A stretch of 64,000 nucleotides of DNA from the NCBI GenBank assembly GCA_030390025.1, contig CM059425.1:175958001-176022000 (forward strand), in the 5' to 3' direction. The position numbers were made by a program, and so were the translations under genes. The notes beneath the pieces are model-generated. The model was not told the origin of the DNA, searched no databases, and saw only the letters and a list, made by a program, of their open reading frames with translations. The stretch is from Squalus acanthias. Lineage: Eukaryota. This document shows positions 22,864 to 35,282 of the stretch, piece by piece (the first letter of the stretch is position 1; the number at the start of each line of letters is the position of its first letter).

Positions 22864-24796
22864 TTAGGTTTCTCTTTTTTTTCTTTTTTTAAATCGGCAT
22901 CTCAGCAACTTAGGGGTTACTTGAGTTCTAGTTAGGACACTAACTGGTTTCTCAATATATGCAGAACCGTCCAGCGGGGGGTTTTCCATGTCACTGCTGA
23001 CATAGGCTCCGGAGGCTGCTGTAGGAGGAGGTGGTAAGGGAGGATATAATCCTCCCTCAGATGGTTCGCACCCTGGGCCTGTCTGTCTAGGACCTCGGCA
23101 ATCCTTTGCAAAGTGTCCCACCTTTCCGCAGTTATAACATATCAAGGGTTGCTTATGGGGTGGTGACGCTGGGGAGGCCTGGGGTCCCTCAACTACATTC
23201 ACTGGTGTCTCTGTTGTTGGTACCAGAACCTGAGTTTTAGCGTAGGCCCATGCAGTGTTAGCGTCTCTTAAAAGGTCTGTCCATTGCGAGTTGTGGCTGA
23301 CAGTGTGCCCTAAGGATGCTCGCAGTGAGGCCTGAATATTCTTTAAGTATATTTTCTTAAATGCTGCCTCATTCTTCCCGTTTAAGACATTATCATTGGG
23401 GCGTGCCTGCATCATCTCATAAACAGTGTACAACTGATCCCCGAATGCAGCAGGGGTCTCATGAAGCCCTTGTTGAGACTGGTTTAACTTCTGAACCAGA
23501 TCAATAGTGTCCAAGGCCAGAGCTGTTTGTATAGTTGTGATTAAGTTATTCAGGGGGTTCTCCACATTAAAGGCCATGAATGGGAGACTGGAGTCACAGT
23601 AGGTCCGGGGTCAAGGCAGACAGTATAACATTTTTCATGTCACTGTCCTCAAAATTAGGATGGTAATTCCGGAACCCCACTATACATTGCCTTAGCTCTA
23701 TGGGGCATGTTCGTGGGTTAACTGGTCCGAATTGCTGGACACATGCCTGTAGATCTGCATAGTTCAGGGGCTGGGATCGTTCATAAGTACCTGCCCAAAG
23801 CATTCCCGGGTGAGCTGCCGCTGGTTGTGCTCCTGCTTGTGCCTGGACACCGTCAGCAGCTGGTGGCGCATTAGGAATCACCTGGGTGCGAGTCAGAACA
23901 TTAACTGCGGCTTTAAAGGGTGCAGGCTCGTCCACTGAGGTTTTTATGATATTGTTATCAGCATAGGCTGGGGGCCTCTCAGCCAGGTCGATGGTGGCAT
24001 ACGAGACGGGGGCCTTTTGGGGAGGGGGTAGCAAGGGAGGATATTGTTCTCCACTGAACCCCTCGCATTGTTTATCATAACTCGCGGGGGGGTCTACTCC
24101 TGTGACTGCCGCTATTACAGCCCGTTGTTTACCCAGCTGGTTTTCCCACTGTTGTATAGTAATATGACATTGCCTGTGGTCCGACTCCCTTTGGGGACGC
24201 TGAAGAGCCTCTCTCAGGGCTCCTCGTGAATCATTTAATTGTCTGGTAAGATGGTCATTGTCTTTTGTTAAGGAGGCTACCTGACACCGAGCCTCCTCAA
24301 GGTTCTGCATTGCAGCGCCGGCGTGAACTGCATTAATACTCTGGTGCTGTATTATTGCTGTTGAAGCACCGACCAGGCCCTGAAGAACTTCATTTTGTTT
24401 CTGAAGAGCTTCATTCTTACTTTTTAACTCTATAGCCTCTTTTTCCCAGTTTGACTTCTTGCCCGTTAACTTTAGATTCTCTTCTATCAGCCGTAGCTTG
24501 TCTTTTTCTAATTTATCCTGATTGTCCTCTAACTTGGTTTTATTATTTTCCATCTCTAGGAGGGTCTCTTTATCTTGCTCTACACAATACACTGCCGCAT
24601 AGGCCATTAGCTGCACTGCCCTATCTGGCTTCCATTTCTTCTCCTTAATTTGTTTCTCAATGAACGCAACAACGTCCTCAAAGGATACTCTCTCACCCTT
24701 TGTTAGACATTCTACTACTAATGTCTGTAACTGTGCATCCTCGCACTTCTTCATTAACTTAGTTTTAAAGTCTACAAAAAAATTCTCACTCGACAT
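22864..24796 (-). pseudogene. gag: gag, split by a stop/frameshift at about 23578-23596 into two ORFs (24796-23594 and 23577-22864)
   Basis: N-terminal coiled coil, PPAY and YPPL motifs, MHR-like QQGLHETPAAFGDQL, and a single CCHC knuckle CYNCGKVGHFAKDC. Begins about 140 nt downstream of the PBS. Confidence 0.9.
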
Positions 24797-24935
24797 TCTG
24801 CTGTATGTTAAAGAGACACTATCTGTTAGATAACCTAACTTTCCACAAGGACTTTCGTTGATCAGACGAAAATCCAAGCGAAAATCCAAGCGCCTGCCTT
24901 AAGCACAATGGACCTGGTTTCAGTTAATAGTCACA

Positions 24936-24953
24936 GCACCACGTTGGGCGCCA
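24936..24953 (-). promoter_or_regulatory. Primer binding site complementary to the tRNA-Lys1,2 (CUU) 3' end
   Basis: The minus strand reads ...CTACA-AT-TGGCGCCCAACGTGGTGC, against the canonical Lys1,2 PBS TGGCGCCCAACGTGGGGC (17/18). Confidence 0.9.
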
Positions 24954-24955
24954 AT

Positions 24956-25752
24956 TGTAGCTTTCAAAAGCTCTTTATAATAATTTGTCCGTGACTACAC
25001 AAACCACTCTGGGTACAGGTATATTGTGTATAAATAAAACAGGTTTATTAAGCATTAAACATCCAGTACAAAGAAGTAATACTTAACAAGAAGATAGTCG
25101 CAGTCTGTTCATTGAACCCCAGCGTTCCTTCCGAGTGACTGTGGCGCGGTCTCTTTATCTCTTGCTGTGTTCTGTTGACTGAAGCTTCCTATCCTCTGGT
25201 TTCACGCTGCTTCCAGTATTCAATAGCTGTTCCTTTATACCTTTTTTTCCCCTTCAAAATACATAGCAACTTGCAGCTGCTTGGGCTATCTCACCATTCT
25301 GACCTTCACAAGTACGGTCTATGATTCCCTCCCCTTTTCTTGTCAATCATCTTATGACCTCGTTAGTTCCACTAAGCTTATTTCTGTGCATAACAAAATA
25401 CCCTTATCTAAGAACTTCACTTTATAGAACATCCTTGAGGTGTTTTCTAAACAGTTTGTCTATTCTGCTGTTTCTAAAATGAAGGCTCCAACTCCTATCT
25501 CTCTTCCAAAACATTACCGAACTCCATGTCCCTGACAGTCTCCGTGTTTACTTAGCACTACATTCCATTACTTCAGTAATTTAAAACAGAGGTTTTTAGT
25601 CAGGTTGGCATAATTTTCCCATCCTGCTTTGGTCTCAGCCATTCGCCATGTTCTACAGGCTTTTTAGCAATTTCACATATTATAGTTATATAAAAATGGT
25701 TATAGAATCTTAATAATGTTTACTAAATCCTACAGGTACACTCTATCCTACA
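24956..25752 (-). repeat. 5' LTR (797 bp) with a TATA-like GTATAAAG (about 25233-25240) and AATAAA (25044-25049) on minus
   Basis: TG...CA ends, adjacent PBS, and a duplicate at 14966-19964. Confidence 0.92.
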
Positions 25753-26640
25753 CAAAGCCCTGTGCCAAGTTGGAGCTGGACTCCTCCATGCTCCTTGACA
25801 TTGAGCACAGGCTTTCTGGCAGGCTTTCCAATTCACCCATCAGCCCTCTTCTGTAGCCTGGACCATCCAAGTCCTCATCTGAGTCCTCTGCAGCTGGCAT
25901 CTGCACTATCCTTTTCCCCTGCCCTGGCTCCTACGCACTTGTGCCCGGTGTCTCACCATGTGCAGATCCCTCCTCTATCCTACCTCTAAAATACGTGCAG
26001 TGTCAGTGTCTGAGCTGGTGTCCGTGAGTGTAAGATCGACTGATGGTGTCTCTTCATCTTCACAGTCTTCTTCCTCTTCCTCCTCTGACTGGAAAGGTTC
26101 CAGTTCTTGGTTCTCTGAAATGGAAAAGTGACAAGGACTGGATTGTAGTGAGGGCAGAGGAGAAAGTAAGAAGTGCATGCTTGCACCATCTGCAGGTTGT
26201 GAGTCAGAAGAGATTGTGGGATGAGGGAGAAGTGGGATGAGAGAAGGAGGATTAGTTATGCAGATACCCTCATTATCGATCCCTCCAGCACCACCAGTGG
26301 CCATGGCAGGCGCGCTTGTCCTCTTCCAGTTATTTCCTGCTGCCTCCTGTTATGCGCCATGTTCTCCTGCAAGATAGAGGGAAGTGTGTCAGTGAGTGTC
26401 CTGCAATATGTTTGGGTGATGTTCCTGTCATGGTTGAATAGCTGCCAGTGTGTGCAAGCTGTGAGTGTTAAGTGTGTGATGATGAGGTAAACCATATGAA
26501 TTGAAGGGTTGAGTACTGATTGATAGAGATTGTTGGTCAGTGGGTGATGGGGGTGTAGTGAATTGAGCAGTGGATGAGATTAGTGGTGCCATTGGTAGGA
26601 TATACCATTTGAAGATGAACTCACTCACCTTGACAACTTA

Positions 26641-28431
26641 GGGGAATTTTTCAGGGGGTCAGCGGGTGTGTTTGGTGGCGGGTCGTCTGGGAAAATGTAT
26701 TTTTTGACAGCGGGTAGGGAACCCGCTGTCAACCCGTCTCCATGCTAGTCTCCCAGATGTCGGGTCTGTCATCACTGAACAGACCCGACACCAAGCGGCG
26801 GGGGAGGCAATTTACATTATTAAGAGCTTGTTAACAGGCACTTAAAAACTATTTTAAGCTCACCTTTAGATTTTCAGAGTTTGCCAATGGCTTCCCGTTG
26901 GCGAACTCTGAAAATCTAAAGGTGATCATGTCGGGGATCACGTCGGGTAAGCAGGTCGGGAGTTGTGTCCGCATGGGATGATTTCTTAACTTGACAGCTG
27001 CAAATGGTCTATAAAAGCTCCCATCTCACAGCTGTTCACTTTCCAAGCTCAGAAGCTGTTGCTTACTGCATTTGGAAGACAGATTGAGCTTTATGCAGCT
27101 TGCAAGTGTTTGGAGCAAACTCTCTATCCAGTGTCCTCATTGGAATAACCTCTCTCACCATTGACAGATTACTTCTGTCATCTCAACCTCACCTGCCATC
27201 TATTCCATCAGCATCGGTGCCCTTGAAAATATCACACCTTGGTCCTCAGAACCCCACCACCATCAGCCCCAACACCAGCAGCACCAGGCACACCAGCAGC
27301 AACAACAACAACACCAACCTTCTCTGCAATCAACTGATGCTGCACAGGACAGAGGGCATCAGCACCCGAGCACATTGCTGCTCGAGACGCCAGATTTACT
27401 TCACTTGACGCTGTACACCCTGGCTGCCACATGATGCGCCAGGTTGGCACCACCCCACACCAACACCATAAAGCATCCCTACAATGCCCAAGCCATTCCT
27501 TTCACACTCATCGCCATTGCGGGGGTTACCGTTATGTCTCACCGTTCACTGCAACTCACTAAGCCACTTCCAAAGGTTCACACAAATCTGTCCAAGAACG
27601 CAAAGTGTTGAAAATAAAGATTTTAAATGCTTGACAGCACATTAACAGAAACTTCACATGAACATTGGCTAAAACACCCAAGTGCCTACCCTTGTGTGTT
27701 GTTAGTTAGTATGATTGGACTAGGATGAGGGTGAGTGTGAGGGGTGGCTAGTGAGATGGGGAAGTGAAAATGTAGATAGTGAGGGATGGGTGGAGGTGCA
27801 AGGTAAGTTGGTGTGAGTAAGGATGTGCAGGAGTAGGGTAGGGAAGGCAGAGTGATGGGGATGTGATGAGTGGCATGGCAGGATGAGGTTGAGTGTGGCT
27901 TTGCAGTAACTTTTCGTGATCTACTGAGATCATTGAAAGGTTTGTGCCACTGCAGCCTGGTCCTCCTGACGACATCGCTGCTTGTGCCCTCCTCTGCAAT
28001 GTGCAACTGGGCTGTGTTGATCTCCTGGGGAGGTCTCTTCCGCCCATGGGAAGGGAAGAGGACCTCCCTGCGTGCTGTGTCTCCCTCCATAAGCATATGG
28101 AGGGAGTCAAGGGAGAGCCTGGGTGCAGCCGTGCAGCTTTGTGCAGTGCTTGTCAGTGTTTGCAGCACCTCAATGCTGTAGAACACTGACAGCACAAAGG
28201 TCAAAATCAATTCGCGCATGGTCCCTTTAAGGAAATCGGCTGATGACACGTCATCAAGTGACGTCACCAGACCCGCTTCTTTCAATTGGCCGGGAAATGC
28301 GATGGGCGGGCTTAACAAGCACAATTAGCGTAAGATCACTCTACAGTGCGGGTTGGAGCCAGCAGCAGGGTCACACCCCGCCACCGACCCTGGCCACACC
28401 GGACCCGCTTCGGTTGGTGAAATCGTGGCCC
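26641..28431. mobile_element. Non-autonomous Harbinger 'C' nested in exon 1 of Harbinger A's Myb gene
   Basis: Interrupts the host sequence CTTGACAAC/TCGTGTCAGATCATTAAAC. GGG...CCC termini with decayed TIRs. Myb exon remnant on minus (RREVLFPSHGRKRPP...FNDL). Confidence 0.7.
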
Positions 28432-29489
28432 TCGTGTCAGATCATTAAACTTCTTCCTGCACTGCATCCATGCTCTTGGAGCTAGACTCCTGGCATTGAC
28501 CTCTGCTGCTAAAACTTCCTACTGCCTCCTGAGCATATGAATAGAGGGCCTCCTGTCCCCCTGCAGATACAGGATGTCTCTCCCTCTCTCCACGTCTTGC
28601 ACCAAGGCCCTCAGTGCTTTATCAGAAAACCTTGGTGCTCGCTCTCTCGCAGCTTGAGCCACCTTGACGAAAATCTTCAAAATAAATTAACCTCCTGACA
28701 CCACTTCCAGCAGCCACAATGCACCTCCCCTTTAAGAAATGCAGGCTACATATAAGTAACACTAGCCACTCGTGATATCTATTCCCTGTTGATACGTGCA
28801 GCCATTGAACAGCACGGGTAGTGCTGGCTGCCAGCAAGCATGGAAATCAGCAGGCAACACAAATTTAACGTATTGCCTGCAGCACAATGAACGGGCACGG
28901 ATTAATCGCATACCGTGTTCCCCATGCCCGTTTTCGGGTCTTATCCAATTTAACCCCCAATATGTTTTTGAAAATTTGTTAAAACTGTGGGGCATTTAAG
29001 TAAATATTGATGAAACCCTGAAGGTGAGGACTATAAAAGCGGATGTAAGTGAACAGAATGTGAATCAAGTAACGAGTTAAGGAGGAAAACGAATTACAGT
29101 TTCGGAGTGAGAGGATGTTTGTTATTTTAATTATGTAACAGATTGCTACATGGTTTGTTCCAATTTGCTCTATCAACTGAAAAATTACAAAATCAATTAT
29201 CCGTGGCTTGAAAAGAGCATGATCGGCAGTTGGTGCTAATTCGAGGTGGAAATCTCACGGCTGTAATTCCGCGGGGCTTCTTCTGCTCGTCCATCGTAAC
29301 TTTGGCAAAAGCGCTGCAGAAACGCAGAAAGACAGTGTGAACACCACTTACATCGTTTGTCCATGGTTTCCATGACTCTTCCTCCAAAGTTAGAGCAGAC
29401 AAGCGGGAAAACACCCACAGAAATTCACCCCTCCTTGTGTTTAAGTGATGTTTTTGTCATTGCGCATCATTTAATTGCAGTTGTAGACA

Positions 29490-29705
29490 AGTGTGGCACC
29501 CAAATTGCGCACAGCAAGGTCCCATGAACGGCAATGGAATGAGTGAGAAGTTAATCTGTTTTTGGTGGTGTTGGTTGAGAGCTAAAAATCAACCAGGACG
29601 GCAGGAGAACTCGCCTGCTCTTCTTGAAACAGTGCCATGGGATCTTTTAAGTCCAGCTGAGAGGCAGATTAAGCCTTGGTTTAATGTTTCATCAAAAGAC
29701 AGCTG
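29490..29705 (-). mobile_element. Deu-domain SINE fragment (SacSINE1/AmnSINE-like); related copies at about 38860-39180 (+), 41185-41290 (-), 60250-60410 and 60785-60935 (-)
   Basis: Shared CCTGCTCTTCTT...AGTGCCATGGGATCTTTTA core. The 60785-60935 copy has a tRNA-like head with a B-box (GGTTCAAGCCC on minus). Confidence 0.65.
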
Positions 29706-30179
29706 CAGGGGAGGAAGGTCAGTGGTCTACATGCCAACCTACAAAACTTGGAAAAGCTGATGAGCAGCTTCAAAAAAAATCAAACATAGCCCCAAAAGTG
29801 TTGACAATTCAAAAATCCACACACAGCTGATGAAACAGCTCTGAATAAAGGACACCGCTTAAGGTGACTAAATAAATGAAATTCCTTTTCTTTGCATTGA
29901 ATTTCATAGCTTTTGTTGATGTTTTAGGTTCACATTCCACAATTCAGTTTGTTTTTTTGGTGAAAATTGAAGCCCAATGGCTAATCGGAGGTGAGATATC
30001 TGGCAAGGCCTAAGGATGCCAGATCTCCAACTAGAATCCTGCCTGCTGAAAATTCGCGCTGAGGCTTGATTGAGGCAAAACTTCTGTCAGCTCCAAACAC
30101 AGCCCCTGACATCTGAGGGGCGAGGTTTAGGGGAAGGAAATCCTACTCAAAGCATACCACTGGTTTTGCAGGAAAAGAG

Positions 30180-32920
30180 AATATAAGAACATAAGAAACA
30201 GGAGCAGGAGTAGGTCTTAAGGCCGATTGAGCCTGCTCCGCCATTCAATAAGATCATGGTTGAACTTCTACATCAACTCCACTTTCCCGCTCTATTCCCA
30301 CATCCTTTGATTTCCTCAGTGCCCAAAAATCTATTGATCTCTGTCTTGAATATTTCTATCCTATTTCTCATCTTCATTCTACCCCTTGGCAACATCATCC
30401 GAAAACACAGCGTCAGTTTCCACATGTACGCCGCTCTGCCTCACCACTACCTCTCTTGACCCCTCCGCTGTCTCTAAATTGTCAGACTGATTGTCCGACA
30501 TCCAGTATTGGATGAGCAGAAAATTCCTCCAATTAAATATTGGGAAGACCGAAGCCATTGTCTTCGGTCTCCGCCACAAACTCCATTCCCTAGCCACCGA
30601 CTCCATCCCTTTCCCCAGCAACTGTCTGAGGCTGAACCTGAATGTTCGCAACCTTGGTGTCATATTTGACCACGAAATGCGCTTCTGACCACATATTCAG
30701 CCATCACTAAGACCACCTATTACCACCTCCAGAACATTGCCCAACTCCGCCCCTGCCACAGCTTATCTGCTGCTGAAACCTTCATCCATGCCTTTGTTAC
30801 CTCTAGACTTGATGATTCCAATGCACTCCTGGACAGCCTCCCAATTTCTACCCTCCATAAACTTGAGGTCATCTAAAACTCTGCTGCCCGTGTTCTAAAT
30901 TGAATCAAGTCCCATTCACTCATCACCCCTGTGTTCGCTGGCCTACATTGGCTCCCGGTTAAGCAACACCTCGATTTTAAAATTCTCATCCTTATTTTCA
31001 AATCCCGCCATGGCCTCATTCCCTCCCTATCTCTATAATCTCCTTCACCCCCACAACCCTCTGAGATATCTGCACTCCTCTAATTCTGTCCTCTTGAGCA
31101 TCCCTGATTATAATCACTCAATTATTGGCGGCCGTGTCCTCTGTTGCCTAGGCCCTAAGCTCTGGAATTCCATCCCTAAACCTCTCTGCCTCTCTTTCCT
31201 CCCTTAAGATGCTCCTTAAAACTGGGAAAATAGATAAGGGAGAACCAGTAGATGTGGTGTATTTGGACTTTCAAAAGGCTTTTGATAAGGTCCCGCATAA
31301 GATATTAGCGTGTAAAGTTAAGGCACATGGGATTGGGGGCAAGGTATTGACTTGGATAGAGAACTGGTTGGCGGACAGAAAGCAGAGAGTAGGAATTAAT
31401 GGGTCTTTTTCCGAGTGGCAAGCAGTGACTAGTGGGGTACTGCAGGGATCGGTCCTTGGACCCCAGCTATTCACAATATACATTAATGATCTAGATAAGG
31501 GAACTAAGTGTAATATCTCCAAGTTTGCAGATGACACAAAGCTGGGTGGGAGTGTGTGCTGCGAGGAGGATACCGAGAAACTCCAGGATGATTTGGACAG
31601 GTTGGGTGAGTGGGCAGAAGCGTGGCAGATGCAATATAACGTGGATAAATGTGAGGTTATCCACTTTGGTGTCAAAAACAGAAAGGCAGACTATTATCTG
31701 AATGGCAATAGATTGGGAGAAGGGGAAGTGCAACGAGACCTGGGTGTCCTTGTGCACCAGTCGCTGAAAGTAAGCATGCAGGTGCAGCAGGCGGTGAAGA
31801 AGGCAAATGGTATGTTGGCCTTCATAGCGAAAGGGTTTGAGTATAGGAACAGGGATGTCCTGCTGCAGTTGTACAGGGCCTTGGTGAGACCACACCTTGA
31901 GTACTGTATGCAGTTTTGGTCGCCTTATCTGAGGAAGGATGTTCTTGCCATGGAAGGAGTTCAGCAAAGATTCACAAGGCTGATACCTGGGTTGGCAGGA
32001 ATGACATATGAGGAGAGATTGGGTCGATTGGGCTTATACTCGCTGGAGTATAGAAGAATGAGAGGGGATCTCATCGAAACATATAAAATTCTGACAGGTC
32101 TGGACAAACTAGATGCAGGAAGAATGTTCCCGATGGTCGGAGAGTCCAGAACCAGGGGTCATAATCTAAGGATAACGGGTAAGCCATTTAGGACAGAAAT
32201 GAGGAAGAATTTCTTCACCCAGAGAGTGGTGAACCTGTGGAATTATCTACCACAGAAGGTAGTTGAGGCCAAGTCATTAAATATATTCAAGAATGAGTTA
32301 GATATATTTCTTAAAGCTAAAGGTATCAAGGGATATGGGGAAAAGGCAGGTACAGGGTACTGAGTTTGGATGATCAGCCATGATCTCATCGAATGGCGGA
32401 GCAGGCTCGAGGGGCTGAATGACCTACTCCTGCTCCTATCTTCTATGTTTCTATGTTTCTATGTTCACCTCTTTGACCAAGCATCTGCCCTAATATCTTC
32501 TTATGTGGCTCGGTGTCAAATTTTGTTTTATAATGCTCCTGTGAAGTGCCTTGGAACGTTTTATTATGTTAAAGGCACTATATAAATACAAGTTGTTGTT
32601 GTTGAATATATTCATCGACTGAGCATCCACAGCCCTCTGGGGTAGAGAATTCCAAATGTTCACAACCTTCTGAGTGAAGAAATTTCTCCTTATCTCAGTC
32701 CTAAATCGCTGACCCCTTATCCTGAGACTATGATCCCTAGTTCTAGACTCTCCAGCCAACTCACCCCTCATACCTTCATAATTCACTTTGTTTAAATTTA
32801 AGACCCTAGTTTCGTTGTTAACCATATCACTCTCAAACTTAATATGAAATTCTATCATATTATGATCACTCTTCCCCAGAGGATCCTTTAATATAAGATT
32901 ACTAATTAACCCTGTCTCAG
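30180..32920. mobile_element. Triple LINE nest: CR1 3' end (-; 30180-30353 + 32602-32920) interrupted by L2 (+; 30354-31222 + 32467-32601), itself interrupted by CR1 (+; 31223-32466)
   Basis: TTGAATAT at 30346-30353 and 32602-32609 flanks the L2. L2 motif WMSRKFLQLNIGKTEAIVFG and a (GTT)n tail. The inner CR1 has a TTCTATGT tail. Confidence 0.8.
31224..32363 (+). pseudogene. 5'-truncated CR1 RT ORF (open over about 380 codons), same family as 358-1632
   Basis: YLDFQKAFDKVPH, QGSVLGP and FADD motifs. C-terminus KGYGEKAGTGY is identical to that of the 358-1632 ORF. Confidence 0.92.
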
Positions 32921-34652
32921 AAGAGAGCAGATAAAAAGAGAATATGAGATTAGGTGGAGGACTAGGAAACCAGCATTCTCTCTCCACTTTTGAGGAACAG
33001 GCCACCCAAATACAGCAATGGAACTTTGGAAACGAAGCAGGAAATGGGGAAGTAGGAGATCTGACCCCAGCTCAGGGATTGTAGCACAATTATCCTTTAG
33101 CCTTGAGTTATGTAGTCACTGCCATCAAAGCATGCATTGAGCAGCAGGTCCATGCCAGTACTCTAAGTGAATGCTACATGCCACCAAGTTATAATGAAGA
33201 CATGCTTGAAATGCTTTTTCTCCTTTGTATGTAAATCTGAAATGTAACAACTAAAATAGCTTCCATTGCTGTTAATTTTTATAACAGTGACTTACCTGCC
33301 TCATAACACTCAACTTATATGTGGGCAAGAAGCACCTGCAGTTAGGACAAATGTTGGAAACTGAGACTGAAGCATTTTGCATTTAAAAGTAGGGTCATGC
33401 AGATCAGGGGCTGGGGGAGGAGGGACTCTCACCCTCCAGCAAGGGACCTCCCCATCCTCATCCATCTCCTCTCCTTCCCTCTTGCTCACCTATGCCAAGT
33501 GGTTCACCTGCACTTTCCTTTCTAATTCCCTTGAGAGAGTAGTGGACGTGAGTTGCTGCTTGGCAGCTCAGAACGGTGTGACGGGGTTGGGCCCAGTCTT
33601 GGTTCTTCATCAGGATCTAAGAAAGCAGAATACAAGAAAGATATGACAAGAATGATAGCCTGATGCTTTGGTAGACTTGTGGATGATCACCAGAATGAAA
33701 TTCAATTTCTTTACCTCAAGGATGCGACTTTGGATCTAGAACATTCAGTTAGACCCTAGAGGTCAACATACCCTCTGTCTGGGGCAATCCTCCGGCCCCA
33801 CCATCCCTAGCTTCGTCATCCAGGTATTAGCCCCGGATGATTATGGCCCTCCGCAAAGGATGAAACCTTCACCTGCTCCGCTCAGCGCCGATGTATTTCC
33901 CAGAAGGGTCTTTAAACAGGTGCTAGGCCCTTCATTAACATATTCAGGGAGCTTAACGCTTATTTAAAGGTGATGCCTGCAAAGCTGCCTTTACCAATAT
34001 GCTGGTGATCCTTTTTGGCCTATTTTCTGCCCATAAATTGGGCGCATAGAGGACCAATATCTATCCCATGTTTCCCATTTTGGGCATCTAGAATTAAGCA
34101 CTCCTGGGTCAGGTACAAATGACCCAGCTGCAGTAGAATGCTCACACCATCTTCCCTCAACACCATCCCTTAATCCTAACATCAATATATCACTTCTTAT
34201 CGCCCTCGTGTGAACTTTTCCATTTCTAATATCTAATATCCTTATGGCATCGCCAATTGAGACTGCTAATTTAGTGAGAAATTTTGTTTAATTTTGTGCA
34301 GTTTTGCATCATGGACCATTGTCTGCTTTAAGAGTGTCCAAACTCATTTGACATTAGATCCTTACAACCAGCAGAGTAAGGAGACTTACTTCATCAGTCC
34401 CCACTCGACTTGAACCCAGCACCAGCACTTTACATAAAATACCAAATTGGAATCCTCTTGGTGAAGGCAGGAAGGGAAAAAAAATCCAGACAATTCACTT
34501 GGGTATTTTGCAATCTGGATGCCTTTATATGTTTCATGGTTCATGGAGTAATTCCGTCCAACATTAAGGCCTGATTCGACACTACATTCAATGCCATTCA
34601 TAAAGCAGGGAAGAAATGGCTACACAGAGGTTTGTTTTGATTTAAACACTAT

Positions 34653-35282
34653 GGTCCCAAAATTCCAGGGCTTGGGAGGGTGGTTTTGTGGTTCAATAAC
34701 TACAGGTGGGTCAGAATTTGGGGTGGAATCTGGATCTGGCTGGGATCTGCCTCTTTCCAACCCTTTGAGAAATTCCAGCACTTTTGGTGCAGGTCTCTAA
34801 TATGCTCACCTATTTATGGGTGGGCATATAATAATCCAATGTAAATGAGGAACATTCCTCATTTACATGCTTAGCAAGGTTGGACGCCTAAGAATCCTTG
34901 ATATCCAATGTTGCCAGGGCTGTGAGGCAGGGAGACTTTCTGAAAATTCCAGGCCAGTTTTGCAATGCAATCAATTGCAGTGTGATTGGTTGTGCTGCTT
35001 ATATCAGCAGAAGGAGCCTGAATCTGTTAATCAGCAAGTTTTTAATCAGGGCTCCTCAGCCCCGAAGCCCACTGATGGTGCAGCTAAGTGCCACAGTGCG
35101 ATTCCTTCCCCTCCTTCCTGCCCCAATTGCCCCAGAAATGATATCGGCTCCCACCCAAGTTATATTAAGTGACCCAAATCGGGGATTTCTGGCGAGGCAA
35201 GGCCCTCCTCAGTGGGTGGGTGGAAGTCCTGCCCTATCCCCATCTGCGCTACCCCATCGACCTGCCTAGGAATTTTGGGGCT
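34653..35282. mobile_element. Probable Harbinger-derived MITE
   Basis: Termini GGTCCCAAAATTCC and GGAATTTTGGGGCT. No coding capacity. Confidence 0.5.

Larger units (their letters stand above)
14966..25752 (-). mobile_element. Endogenous retrovirus-like LTR element lacking pol: LTR-PBS-gag-(noncoding/degenerate)-env remnant-LTR
   Basis: TGTAG...CTACA termini. CAAA at 14962-14965 and 25753-25756 (4-bp TSD, consistent with the empty site in the paralogous Harbinger at about 44031-44050). Two LTR copies, a PBS and gag. Confidence 0.92.
13465..28958. mobile_element. Decayed Harbinger 'A' (transposase mostly deleted, Myb gene on minus), host of nested insertions
   Basis: TIRs GGGGGCTAAATTGG (13465) and CCAATTTAACCCCC (ending 28958), 13/14 match. 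The body at 13800-14965, 25753-26640 and 28432-28958 is colinear with Harbinger D (41.9-46.3 kb). Confidence 0.85.

Noticed and set aside
14966..25752. Assignment as a bona fide foamy virus
   Set aside because: The PBS and TSD fit, but Gag has a CCHC knuckle and an MHR-like motif, and no pol is available for placement.
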